From Octopus vulgaris (taxonomy: Eukaryota): a DNA stretch of 64,000 nt. Below are positions 52,241 to 64,000 of this stretch, piece after piece. The notes under the pieces are model-generated. The model had not been told where the DNA came from, did not search any database, and was given only the letters and a program-made list of their open reading frames with translations. The stretch covers positions 34,906,001-34,970,000 of the forward strand of contig OX597836.1 of assembly GCA_951406725.2 (NCBI GenBank), given 5' to 3'. Made by a program: the position numbers and the translations under genes. Position 1 is the stretch's first letter. Each line of letters begins with the position of its first letter.

Positions 52241-52998
52241 CAAAGTGAAGTTGTAAGGTACCGCACGAGTGGAAATATATTTGAAAGAAGGCTCAAAAAT
52301 GCAATTCCAAAATATGTTTATTCAAATGACTGGCTTCACCCTCAGATGTATTTATCACAGGTCAATCCAAGTAGTAACCTTGATCTCTCTCTTTCACATA
52401 CACACCCACACACACACACCAGCAACATTACTCTCTCTGTCTATTCACGCACATTAACTAAAGCAATTCACATACACACCACACATTGTCTTGCATACCG
52501 CATCAAACACGCACACGCACATTAATTCTTCCGCTTCATGTCCACTACAATTGCACTCTCTCTGTCTCTTTCACTTTCATGCCTACTTCAAAAGGTCCAT
52601 TTTCCCCCCAACCCCATAATAAAAAAATAAAAACTTTTTACGGAAACCGATGATCATTTGCAAAAAAATAAATAGACACATCTGGTTTATAAGTGGATTG
52701 TAAGTGATAGTCATGTGTTCCCATAGCGAAAGATCGTCCAATGTTTTAACAATTAGACAGAGGTCCACAAGAATAGCTCTCAGAAACAGACTATGTACAA
52801 ATTTGTTCTTCACAACTCGTGAAGCTGTTTTATGACATGGAGGTGGAGTCAGGAAATTTTCATACAACTGGAGGCTCCAATTGGAACAGGGAACCCGAAA
52901 TGATAAGGTTGAGAAACGCTGTTATAGATTATGCCTAACCAAAAACGATCACAGCCACATCATCCAAACAGACCAGGTGAAACTGGGCTTAGCTGCTA

Positions 52999-53036
<38 letters not shown>

Positions 53037-54218
53037 GGAGAGTTTATGAAAAAAAACAAAAGATGAAGACAGGTGGTGTACAAAACAAACAGATGTATTA
53101 GTATAACGCTCAGGAATAGAAAAAAGTCTTTTACGTTTCGAGCCTACGCTCTTCTACAGAAAGGGACACAGAAAAAACAAGGAGAGAAAAAAATGTGTGT
53201 AGTGGCTAATGATCTATCATGGTGTGTATATACATACATACACAGCAAGAAATAAGTTTTGTCTCCTTTTATGGAAACAAAAGGATTGATAGGACTGCAA
53301 AATAGAAGTGCTCAAATGTAATTGAAACAGAGACGAAGAAACATTGATCATAGAACAAGCATCAAATTTGAGTCAACAACTTTATATATGTATATTTTCT
53401 GTGTTTAAGAACCATGGTAATGTTTATAAATGATCAAATGTTTGGAGGTATGGTGTTATATATAAAGTTGTTGACTTGAATTTGATGTTGTTTTGTGATC
53501 AATGTTTATATATATAGATTTATTTAAAGCAGCAGAAAATTCAACAAAACCTGTTACTCGTAGTTGAATTTTCAACTATGTAGTTGAAAATTCAACAAAA
53601 TCTGTTACACGTAGTTGAATTTTCTGCTGCTTTAAATAAAGCATATTACTCTACCACTGGTATTTGAGTACTCTTTTTTCCACCTTGTTTCACATTTATG
53701 TGTTTACTCCGGTATTTATAGATTTATATATATATGTGAGGGTGTGTGTGTATATGTGTGTGTATATGTATGTATGAGTGTATGTATGTATGTGTGTGTG
53801 TATATGTATGTGTGTGTGTATGTATATGTATGTGTGTGTATATATATACATATATGCATGTATATATGTGATATAATAGTTTCACTATTAATAGTTTCAG
53901 TATTAATAATAAAAGTATTAAACTGAAAGTATCTCACATTACAATTGAGATGTTATTGTTTCACTTTTTACACATAATACTGAAAGATAAGAGATAAGAA
54001 ATGTAAGAGATAAGAAAATGCTCCAGGCTTGCATTAAGCAAGAAGCTGAACATTTTTGGGACCCATGACACTGCATGGACCTTATGTAAGGCATGTGTAA
54101 AATTTGAATGAAATCGGTTGGGTTGTTCTTGAGTTTTGATGATGCACACACACACACACACACACATAAAGACAGACAGACAGACTCAATTTTTTTTCTA
54201 TAGAAACTGATAAGCTGG

Positions 54219-54622
54219 CAGGCACAGGAGTGGCTGTGTGGTAGGTAGCTTGTCTACCAACCACATGGTTCCGGGTTCAGTCCCACTGCGTGGCATCTTG
54301 GGCAAGTGTCTTCTACTATAGCCTCGGGCCGACCAAAGCCTTGTGAGTGGATTTGGTAGACGGAAACTGAAAGAAGCCCGTCGTATATATGTATATATAT
54401 ATGTATATGTGTGTTTGTATATCTGTGTTTGTTCCCTAGCATTGCTTGACAACCGATGCTGGTGTGTTTATGTCCCCGTTACTTAGCGGTTCGGCAAAAG
54501 AGACCGATATAATAAGTACTGGGCTTACAAAAGAATAAGTCCCGGGGTTGAGTTGCTCGATTAAAGGCGGTGCTCCAGCATGGCCGCAGTCAAATGACTG
54601 AAACAAGTAAAAGAGTAAAGAG
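54219..54622 (+). mobile_element. tRNA-derived SINE family B (GGAGTGGCTGTGTGGTAAG head, CAGCATGGCCGCAGTCAAATGACTGAAAC tail)
   Basis: tRNA-like head with a GGTTCAGTCCC B box, CTTGGGCAAGTGTCTT core and AAGAGT-repeat tail. Copies at about 6975-7355 (-), 9060-9390, 24265-24645 (-), 27050-27600 (-), 35880, 37430, 49115, 55228-55620 (-), 55925-56285. Confidence 0.8.
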
Positions 54623-55032
54623 TAATTGTTAGCAGGCCGGGCGAAATGCTTGGCAGTATTCTGAGTTCAAATTCTGTTGAGGTCAACTCTGCCTGTTGTC
54701 CTTTCAGGGTTGATAAATTAAGTACCAGTGAAACTCTGGGGGCAATGTAATTGACTGTTCCCCGCCCCAAAACTTCAGGCCTTGTGCCTTTAGTAGAAAG
54801 GACTGTTATTGCTTTTGTAGGTGGCGAACTGGGATAATCGTTAGCATGCTGGGCAAAATGCTTTATAGCATTTCATCTATCTTTATGGTCTGGGTTCAAA
54901 TTCTGCCGAGGTCGACTTTGCCTTTCATCCTTTTGGTGGGGGTCGATAAATTAAGTACCAATCAAGCACTGGGGGTTGTAATCGACTAACCTGTTCCTCC
55001 AAATTTCAGGCCTTGTGCCTATAGTAGAAAGG

Positions 55033-55071
<39 letters not shown>

Positions 55072-56378
55072 GAAATGCATGAAGCTGCCAGAATCGTTAG
55101 CTTGCTGGACTGAAATGCTCAACAGTATTTCATCCGTCTTTACGTTTTGAGTTCAAATGCTGCTGAGGTCCATTTTGCCTTTCTTCCTTTCAGGGTCGTT
55201 AAAACAAAGATCAGCTGAGTACAGGGGTCTCTCTTTTACTTGTTTCAGTCATTTGACTGTGGCCATGCTGGAGCACCGCCTTTAATCAAGCAACTCGACC
55301 CCGGGACTTATTCTTTTGTAAGCCCAGTACTTATTCTATCGGTCTCTTTTGCCGAACCGCTAAGTAACGGGGACATAAACACACCAGCATCGGTTATCAA
55401 GTAATGCTAGGGAGACAAACACATACACACAAACATATATATATGTATACATATATACGACAGGCTTCTCTCAGTTTCCGTCTACCAAATCCACTCACAA
55501 GGCATTGGTCGGCCCGGGGCTATAGCAGAAGACACTTGCCCAAGATGCCACGCAGTGGGACTGAACCCGGAACCATGTGGTTGGTTAGCAAGCTACTTAG
55601 CACACAGCCACTCCTGCGCCTATTATTATTATTATTATTATTGAGTGAGAGAGCAGTTCATGCCATCAAAGTGACACTGGGGTAAAATATACAAAGCCCA
55701 ATATACCCATCATGACTACCCGTCTGATAAGGGTACACCAGGCACATGCATCACAACAATATGTGTGCGACATGGTGATCTCATATCAAAACAAACAGCA
55801 CATGACCTTGCAGGCGGGGCCCAGTTAGAATTTTCTTCAGGTCGAGTAACCCATCCCACTCGAAAGGTCCCTGAATAAGGGTTGTTTAAGGATGTTGAAT
55901 GAAACACCCATGTTTCCAGAGGTGTTCAGTCCCACTGCGTGGCATCTTGGGCAAGTGTCTTCTGCTATAGCCCGAGGCTGACCAATGCCTTGTGAGTGGA
56001 TTTGGTAGATGGAAACTGAAAGAAGCCTGTCGTGTATATGTATGTATATATGTATATATATGTGTGTGCATATGTTTGTGTGTCTGTGTTTGTCCCCCTA
56101 TCATTGCTTGACAACCGATGCTGGTGGGTTTACGTCCCCGTCACTTAGCGGTTTGGCAAAAGAGACCGATAGATAGAATAAGTACTGGGCTTACAAAGAA
56201 GAAGTCCCAGGGTCGATTTGCTCGACTAAACGTGGTGCTCCAGCATGGCCGCAGTCAAATAACTGAAACAAGTAAAAGAGTGAAAGAGAGAGAGAGAGAG
56301 TATCACCATCGTCAATTTAGTGTCTACTTCTCCATGCTTATTTATCAATCTAATTATTTATATATTTAATTATTTCAG

Positions 56379-56507
56379 CACATGGTATGCACAAACAACC
56401 ACCTACCAATCACCCACAAGTGTGCCATTCATGGTCTGTTGGCTGCTTACTTAAATCTGCTATGTCATTTGATGTCCATTCCTGCATTCTCAGAACATGT
56501 CAACCAG
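56379..56507 (+). CDS. EFR3: EFR3 exon (HMVCTNNHLPITHKCAIHGLLAAYLNLLCHLMSIPAFSEHVNQ)
   Basis: tttcAG / CAG|GTAAAG; motif LP..H.C.I..L.AAYLN......PAF..HV; phase 0 to 0. Confidence 0.94.
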
Positions 56508-57201
56508 GTAAAGGATAAATTCTTGGTGTTTTTGTTTTCTTTTCTCATGCAGTTTGGCTGCGGGCCAACCTTCACTCGTCAGATCTATGGCCAAAATGAT
56601 TGCTTTTGCCCTTCAGCATTTAAACTGGCCATATCAGGCCAAAATATTCAATTTGCTTTATGCTCAAATTGTCCAGATCTAGTCTCTTACACCAGCCCTA
56701 CAATATCATTCTAAAAATTAAATTATCTCATCAAAATCTGACAGCCAAGGTGTCATAACTACATTATATATATATATATCATCATCATCATCATCATCAT
56801 CATTTAGCATCCGCTTTCCATGCTAGTATGGGTTGGACAGGTCAACTGGGGTCTGTGAAGCTGGAAGGCTTCGTCAGGCCCAGTCAGATCTGGCAGTGTT
56901 TCTACAGCTGGATGCCCTTCCTAATGCCAACCACTCCACGAGTGTAGTGAGTGTTTTTTTACGTGCCACCTGCACAGGTGCCAGACAGAGCTGGCAAACG
57001 GCCACGAACGGATGGTGCTTTTACGTGTCACCGGCACGGGGCCAGGCGAGGCTGGCAACGAACACAAACGGATGGTGCTTTTACGTGCCACCGACACGGG
57101 GGCCAGACAGAGCTGGCAAACGGCCAATAGCGAATGGTGCTTTTACGTATCACCGACACGGGTGCCAGACAAGGCTGGCAGCGGACACGAACGGATGGTT
57201 C

Positions 57202-57233
<32 letters not shown>

Positions 57234-58146
57234 ATGTGTGTGTGTGTGTATATATATATATGTGTGTGTATGTATATATGTGTGTATGCATATATATGTG
57301 TATGTATATATGTGTATGTATATATGTGTATGTATATATGTATGTATATATATATATGTATGTGTATATATATATATATGTATGTATGTGTATGTATATA
57401 TATATATGTGTATGTATGTGTATGTATATATATATATGTGTATGTATGTATGTGTATGTGTATGTATGTATGTGTATGTGTATGTATGTATGTGTATGTG
57501 TATGTATGTATGTGTATGTATATATATATATATATATGTGTATGTATGTATGTGTATGTATGTATGTGTATGTATATATATATATATATATGTGTATGTA
57601 TGTATGTGTATGTATATATATATATGTGTGTATGTATGTATGTGTATGTATATATATGTGTATGTGTATGTATATATATGTGTATGTGTATGTATATATA
57701 TATGTATGTGTATGTATATATATGTATGTGTGTATGTATGTATGTGTATGTATGTATGTATGTGTATGTATATATATATGTATGTGTATGTATATATATG
57801 TATGTGTGTATGTATGTATGTGTATGTATGTATGTATGTGTATGTATATATATATATGTATGTGTGTATGTATGTATGTGTATGTATATATATATGTATG
57901 TGTGTATGTATTTATATGTATGTGTGTATGTATGTATGTGTATGTATATATATATGTATGTGTGTATGTATGTATGTGTATGTATATATATGTATGTGTG
58001 TATGTATGTATGTGTGTATGTATGTATGTATATATATATGTATGTGTATATATATGTATGTGTATGTATATATGTGTATGTATATATATATATGTATGTA
58101 TATATGTGTATGTATATATATATATATGTATGTATGTGTATGTATA

Positions 58147-58181
<35 letters not shown>

Positions 58182-58250
58182 GTATGTATATATATATATG
58201 TATGTATGTGTGTATGTATATATATATATGTATGTATATATGTGTGTATG
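57202..58250. repeat. Compound (TA)/(TG)/(TATG) microsatellite
   Basis: About 1 kb of alternating purine-pyrimidine sequence. Confidence 0.95.
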
Positions 58251-58331
58251 TCGTCATCATCATCATCATCATCATTTAGCATATAATATATATATATATA
58301 TTTATTTGTGTGTGTGTGTTCTCTTTCCTAG

Positions 58332-58408
58332 GTGCTTGAATCCAGATCACAGGAAGCCTCATTCCTGCTGCCAGAGTTTGCCTTCAATCGTAAAAACAAG
58401 CCTAGCAG
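58332..58408 (+). CDS. EFR3: EFR3 exon, last in window (VLESRSQEASFLLPEFAFNRKNKPS); gene continues beyond the window
   Basis: cctAG / AG|GTTAGT; matches V.E.R..EA...LPE; phase 0 to 2. Confidence 0.88.
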
Positions 58409-58810
58409 GTTAGTATAATGACACCTTTTCATTCCTTCTTTATTTATTTCTATTGTGATTTTTCTTTTTAAATTTGCTATTTGAGTTGCAGCAACATTAT
58501 CAGCAGGTGCACAATAGACCAGTTTCTGGTTCACTACATTCCTGGTAATAAAAAATAGGGTGTCTCTCTATCTCTGTACAAGAAGTTGTTTGCAGTGTAC
58601 CAATGTTTGGCATTTTCATTGTTAATAGCTCATGCACCCATACAATGTTGTGCTGTGTCAGTTGTGGACACATATTGAGAAAGAAATATACAGTTGACTA
58701 AATTTGTATACTTTCTTAGTGAATGACTGCTATATATTTTATCAACCCTGCTTAATCTCTGGGAAATCTGAACAAAGCTTGTTATAATAATAGCACGGGT
58801 GCCATTGATG

Positions 58811-61800
58811 TGTCTACAACCTGTGACTACAACCTGACCTGTATGGTGCTTTTTATGTGCCACTGGCAAGGGTGCCAGTCAAACAGCCCTGGCGCAGCCG
58901 TGACTACAACCTCACCTGTATGGTGCTTTTTATGTGCCACTGGCAAGGGTGCCAGTCAAACAGCACTGGCGTCAGCCGTGACTACAACCTCACTTGTATG
59001 GTGCTTTTTATGTGCCACTAGCAAGGGTGCCAGTCAAACAGAACTGGTATCAGCCGTGACTACAACCTCACCTGTATGGTGCTTTTTCTGTGCCACTGGC
59101 AATGGTGCCAGTCAAACAGCACTGGCGTCAGCCGTGACTACAACCTCACTTGTATGGTGGTTTTTATGTGCCACTGGCAAGGGTGCCAATCAAACAGCAC
59201 TGGCGTCAGCCGTGACTACAACCTCACTTGTATGGTGCTTTTTATGTACCACTGGCAAGGGTGCCAGTCAAACAGCCCTGGCGTCAGCCGTGACTACAAC
59301 CTCACTTGTATGGTGGTTTTTATGTACCACTGGCAAGGGTGCCATTCAAACAGCCCTGGCGTCAGCCGTGACTACAACCTCACTTGTATGGTGCTTTTTA
59401 TGTACCACTGGCAAGGGTGCCATTCAAACAGCCCTGGCGTCAGCCGTGACTACAACCTCACTTGTATGGTGGTTTTTATGTACCACTGGCAAGGGTGCCA
59501 GTCAAACAGCCCTGGCGTCAGCCGTGACTACAACCTCACTTGTATGGTGCTTTTTATGTACCACTGGCAAGGGTGCCATTCAAACAGCCCTGGCGTCAGC
59601 CGTGACTACAACCTCACTTGTATGGTGCTTTTTATGTACCACTGGCAAGGGTGCCATTCAAACAGCCCTGGCGTCAGCCGTGACTACAACCTCACTTGTA
59701 TGGTGCTTTTTATGTACCACTGGCAAGGGTGCCATTCAAACAGCCCTGGCGTCAGCCGTGACTACAACCTCACTTGTATGGTGCTTTTTATGTACCACTG
59801 GCAAGGGTGCCATTCAAACAGCCCTGGCGTCAGCCGTGACTACAACCTCACTTGTATGGTGGTTTTTATGTACCACTGGCAAGGGTGCCATTCAAACAGC
59901 CCTGGCGTTAGCCGTGACTACAACCTCACTTGTATGGTGCTTTTTATGTACCACTGGCAAGGGTGCCATTCAAACAGCCCTGGCGTCAGCCGTGACTACA
60001 ACCTCACTTGTATGGTGCTTTTTATGTGCCACTGGCAAGGGTGCCAGTCAAACAGCAATGGCATCAGCCGTGACTACAACCTGACCTGTATGGTGCTTTT
60101 TATGTACCACTGGCAAGGGTGCCAGTCAAACAGCACTGGCATCAGCCGTGACTACAACCTCACTTGTATGGTGCTTTTTATGTACCACTGGCAAGGGTGC
60201 CATTCAAACAGCCCTGGCGTCAGCCGTGACTACAACCTGACTTGTATGGTGCTTTTTATGTGCCACTGGCAAGGGTGCCATTCAAACAGCACTGGCATCA
60301 GCCGTGACTACAACCTCACTTGTATGGTGCTTTTTATGTACCACTGGCAAGGGTGCCATTCAAACAGCCCTGGCGTCAGCCGTGACTACAACCTCACTTG
60401 TATGGTGCTTTTTATGTACCACTGGCAAGGGTGCCATTCAAACAGCCCTGGCGTCAGCCGTGACTACAACCTCACTTGTATGGTGCTTTTTATGTGCCAC
60501 TGGCAAGGGTGCCAGTCAAACAGCAATGGCATCAGCCGTGACTACAACCTGACCTGTATGGTGCTTTTTATGTACCACTGGCAAGGGTGCCAGTCAAACA
60601 GCACTGGCATCAGCCGTGACTACAACCTGACCTGTATGGTGCTTTTTATGTACCACTGGCAAGGGTGCCAGTCAAACAGCACTGGCATCAGCCGTGACTA
60701 CAACCTGACCTGTATGGTGCTTTTTATGTACCACTGGCAAGGGTGCCATTCAAACAGCACTGGCATCAGCCGTGACTACAACCTGACTTGTATGGTGCTT
60801 TTTATGTACCACTGGCAAGGGTGCCAGTCAAACAGCACTGGCATCAGCCGTGACTACAACCTGACCTGTATGGTGCTTTTTATGTGCCACTGGCAAGGGT
60901 GCCATTCAAACAGCACTGGCATCAGCCGTGACTACAACCTGACTTGTATGGTGCTTTTTATGTACCACTGGCAAGGGTGCCAGTCAAACAGCACTGGCAT
61001 CAGCCGTGACTACAACCTGACCTGTATGGTGCTTTTTATGTACCACTGGCAAGGGTGCCATTCAAACAGCACTGGCATCAGCCGTGACTACAACCTGACT
61101 TGTATGGTGCTTTTTATGTACCACTGGCAAGGGTGCCAGTCAAACAGCACTGGCATCAGCCGTGACTACAACCTGACCTGTATGGTGCTTTTTATGTGCC
61201 ACTGGCAAGGGTGCCATTCAAACAGCACTGGCATCAGCCGTGACTACAACCTGACTTGTATGGTGCTTTTTATGTACCACTGGCAAGGGTGCCAGTCAAA
61301 CAGCACTGGCATCAGCCGTGACTACAACCTGACCTGTATGGTGCTTTTTATGTGCCACTGGCAAGGGTGCCATTCAAACAGCACTGGCATCAGCCGTGAC
61401 TACAACCTGACTTGTATGGTGCTTTTTATGTGCCACTGGCAAGGGTGCCATTCAAACAGCACTGGCATCAGCCGTGACTACAACCTGACTTGTATGGTGC
61501 TTTTTATGTACCACTGGCAAGGGTGCCATTCAAACAGCCCTGGCGTCAGCCGTGACTACAACCTCACTTGTATGGTGCTTTTTATGTACCACTGGCAAGG
61601 GTGCCATTCAAACAGCCCTGGCGTCAGCCGTGACTACAACCTCACTTGTATGGTGCTTTTTATGTGCCACTGGCAAGGGTGCCAGTCAAACAGCAATGGC
61701 ATCAGCCGTGACTACAACCTGACCTGTATGGTGCTTTTTATGTACCACTGGCAAGGGTGCCAGTCAAACAGCACTGGCATCAGCCGTGACTACAACCTCA

Positions 61801-64000
61801 CTTGTATGGTGCTTTTTATGTACCACTGGCAAGGGTGCCAGTCAAACAGCACTGGCATCAGCCGTGACTACAACCTGACCTGTATGGTGCTTTTTATGTA
61901 CCACTGGCAAGGGTGCCAGTCAAACAGCACTGGCATCAGCCGTGACTACAACCTGACCTGTATGGTGCTTTTTATGTGCCACTGGCAAGGGTGCCATTCA
62001 AACAGCACTGGCATCAGCCGTGACTACAACCTGACTTGTATGGTGCTTTTTATGTACCACTGGCAAGGGTGCCAGTCAAACAGCACTGGCATCAGCCGTG
62101 ACTACAACCTGACCTGTATGGTGGTTTTTATGTACCACTGGCAAGGGTGCCATTCAAACAGCACTGCCATCAGCCGTGACTACAACCTGACCTGTATGGT
62201 GCTTTTTATGTGCCACTGGCAAGGGTGCCATTCAAACAGCACTGCCATCAGCCGTGACTACAACCTGACCTGTATGGTGCTTTTTATGTGCCACTGGCAA
62301 GGGTGCCATTCAAACAGCACTGGCATCAGCCGTGACTACAACCTGACCTGTATGGTGCTTTTTATGTGCCACTGGCAAGGGTGCCATTCAAACAGCACTG
62401 CCATCAGCCGTGACTACAACCTGACCTGTATGGTGATTTTTATGTGCCACTGGCAAGGGTGCCAGTCAAACAGCCCTGGCATCAGCCGTGACTACAACCT
62501 CACTTGTATGGTGCTTTTTATGTACCACTCGCAAGGGTGCCATTCAAACAGCACTGCCATCAGCCGTGACTACAACCTGACCTGTATGGTGCTTTTTATG
62601 TACCACTGGCAAGGGTGCCATTCAAACAGCACTGCCATCAGCCGTGACTACAACCTGACCTGTATGGTGCTTTTTATGTGCCACTGGCAAGGGTGCCATT
62701 CGAACAGCACTGGCATCAGCCGTGACTACAACCTGACCTGTATGGTGCTTTTTATGTGCCACTGGCAAGGGTGCCAGTCAAACAGCACTGGCATCAGCCG
62801 TGACTACAACCTGACTTGTATGGTGCTTTTTATGTGCCACTGGCAAGGGTGCCAGTCAAACAGCAATGGCATCAGCCGTGACTACAACCTGACCTGTATG
62901 GTGCTTTTTATGTACCACTGGCAAGGGTGCCAGTCAAACAGCACTGGCATCAGCCGTGACTACAACCTGACTTGTATGGTGCTTTTTATGTACCACTGGC
63001 AAGGGTGCCAGTCAAACAGCACTGGCATCAGCCGTGACTACAACCTGACCTGTATGGTGCTTTTTATGTACCACTGGCAAGGGTGCCAGTCAAACAGCAC
63101 TGGCATCAGCCGTGACTACAACCTGACCTGTATGGTGCTTTTTATGTGCCACTGGCAAGGGTGCCATTCAAACAGCACTGGCATCAGCCGTGACTACAAC
63201 CTCACTTGTATGGTGCTTTTTATGTACCACTGGCAAGGGTGCCAGTCAAACAGCACTGGCATCAGCCGTGACTACAACCTGACCTGTATGGTGCTTTTTA
63301 TGTGCCACTGGCAAGGGTGCCAGTCAAACAGCACTGGCATCAGCCGTGACTACAACCTGACCTGTATGGTGCTTTTTATGTGCCATTGGCAAGGGTGCCA
63401 TTCAAACAGCACTGCCATCAGCCGTGACTACAACCTGACCTGTATGGTGCTTTTTATGTGCCACTGGCAAGGGTGCCATTCAAACAGCACTGCCATCAGC
63501 CGTGACTACAACCTGACCTGTATGGTGCTTTTTATGTGCCACTGGCAAGGGTGCCATTCAAACAGCCCTGGCATCAGCCGTGACTACAACCTGACCTGTA
63601 TGGTGCTTTTTATGTGCCACTGGCAAGGGTGCCATTCAAACAGCACTGCCATCAGCCGTGACTACAACCTGACCTGTATGGTGCTTTTTATGTGCCACTG
63701 GCAAGGGTGCCAGTCAAACAGCCCTGGCATCAGCCGTGACTACAACCTCACTTGTATGGTGCTTTTTATGTACCACTGGCAAGGGTGCCATTCAAACAGC
63801 ACTGCCATCAGCCGTGACTACAACCTGACCTGTATGGTGCTTTTTATGTGCCACTGGCAAGGGTGCCATTCAAACAGCACTGCCATCAGCCGTGACTACA
63901 ACCTGACCTGTATGGTGCTTTTTATGTGCCACTGGCAAGGGTGCCATTCAAACAGCCCTGGCATCAGCCGTGACTACAACCTGACCTGTATGGTGCTTTT
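58811..64000. repeat. 78-bp satellite array, about 66 copies, extending past the window end
   Basis: Unit GCCGTGACTACAACCTGACCTGTATGGTGCTTTTTATGTACCACTGGCAAGGGTGCCATTCAAACAGCACTGGCATCA; 26-aa periodicity in the ORF track. Confidence 0.97.

Noticed and set aside
56833-58413. Several 360-526 aa ORFs rich in Y/V/C/M/I or H/T/Y/I
   Set aside because: Microsatellite translations open in multiple frames; only 58332-58408 is a real exon, in a different frame
58810-60084. 424-aa ORF with a 26-aa repeat
   Set aside because: Translation of the 78-bp satellite; the CTCA to CTGA variant introduces stops in most downstream units, and it is intronic

Overview
Eukaryotic, AT-rich, repeat-dense animal genomic DNA. 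The repeat landscape suggests an octopus/coleoid cephalopod, which is an inference. The window is the interior of one plus-strand gene, an EFR3 homologue (EFR3A/B, Drosophila stmA/cmp44E; plasma-membrane PI4KIIIalpha scaffold). I trace 15 coding exons from 5408 to 58408, all GT-AG and phase-consistent, giving one open frame. The N-terminal exons lie upstream of the window and the C-terminal exons downstream. Introns hold tRNA-derived SINEs, RTE/CR1/L1-like LINE 3' fragments, non-autonomous Helitrons, hAT, piggyBac and Tc1/mariner-type MITEs, Penelope-like inverted-repeat remnants, microsatellites, minisatellites and a 78-bp satellite running off the right end. Nearly all supplied ORFs are repeat artefacts. 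The most notable observations are: a canonical type I hammerhead ribozyme between inverted arms (12930-13024, minus) with several degenerate relatives; a 290-bp TSD-flanked element combining a tRNA-like unit and a hammerhead-like motif; a tandemly duplicated frame-preserving micro-exon pair whose second copy is broken by a SINE; several tandem repeats visibly born from transposon ends; and many exon-proximal dsRNA structures. Repeat boundaries are approximate unless a TSD or TIR is given.
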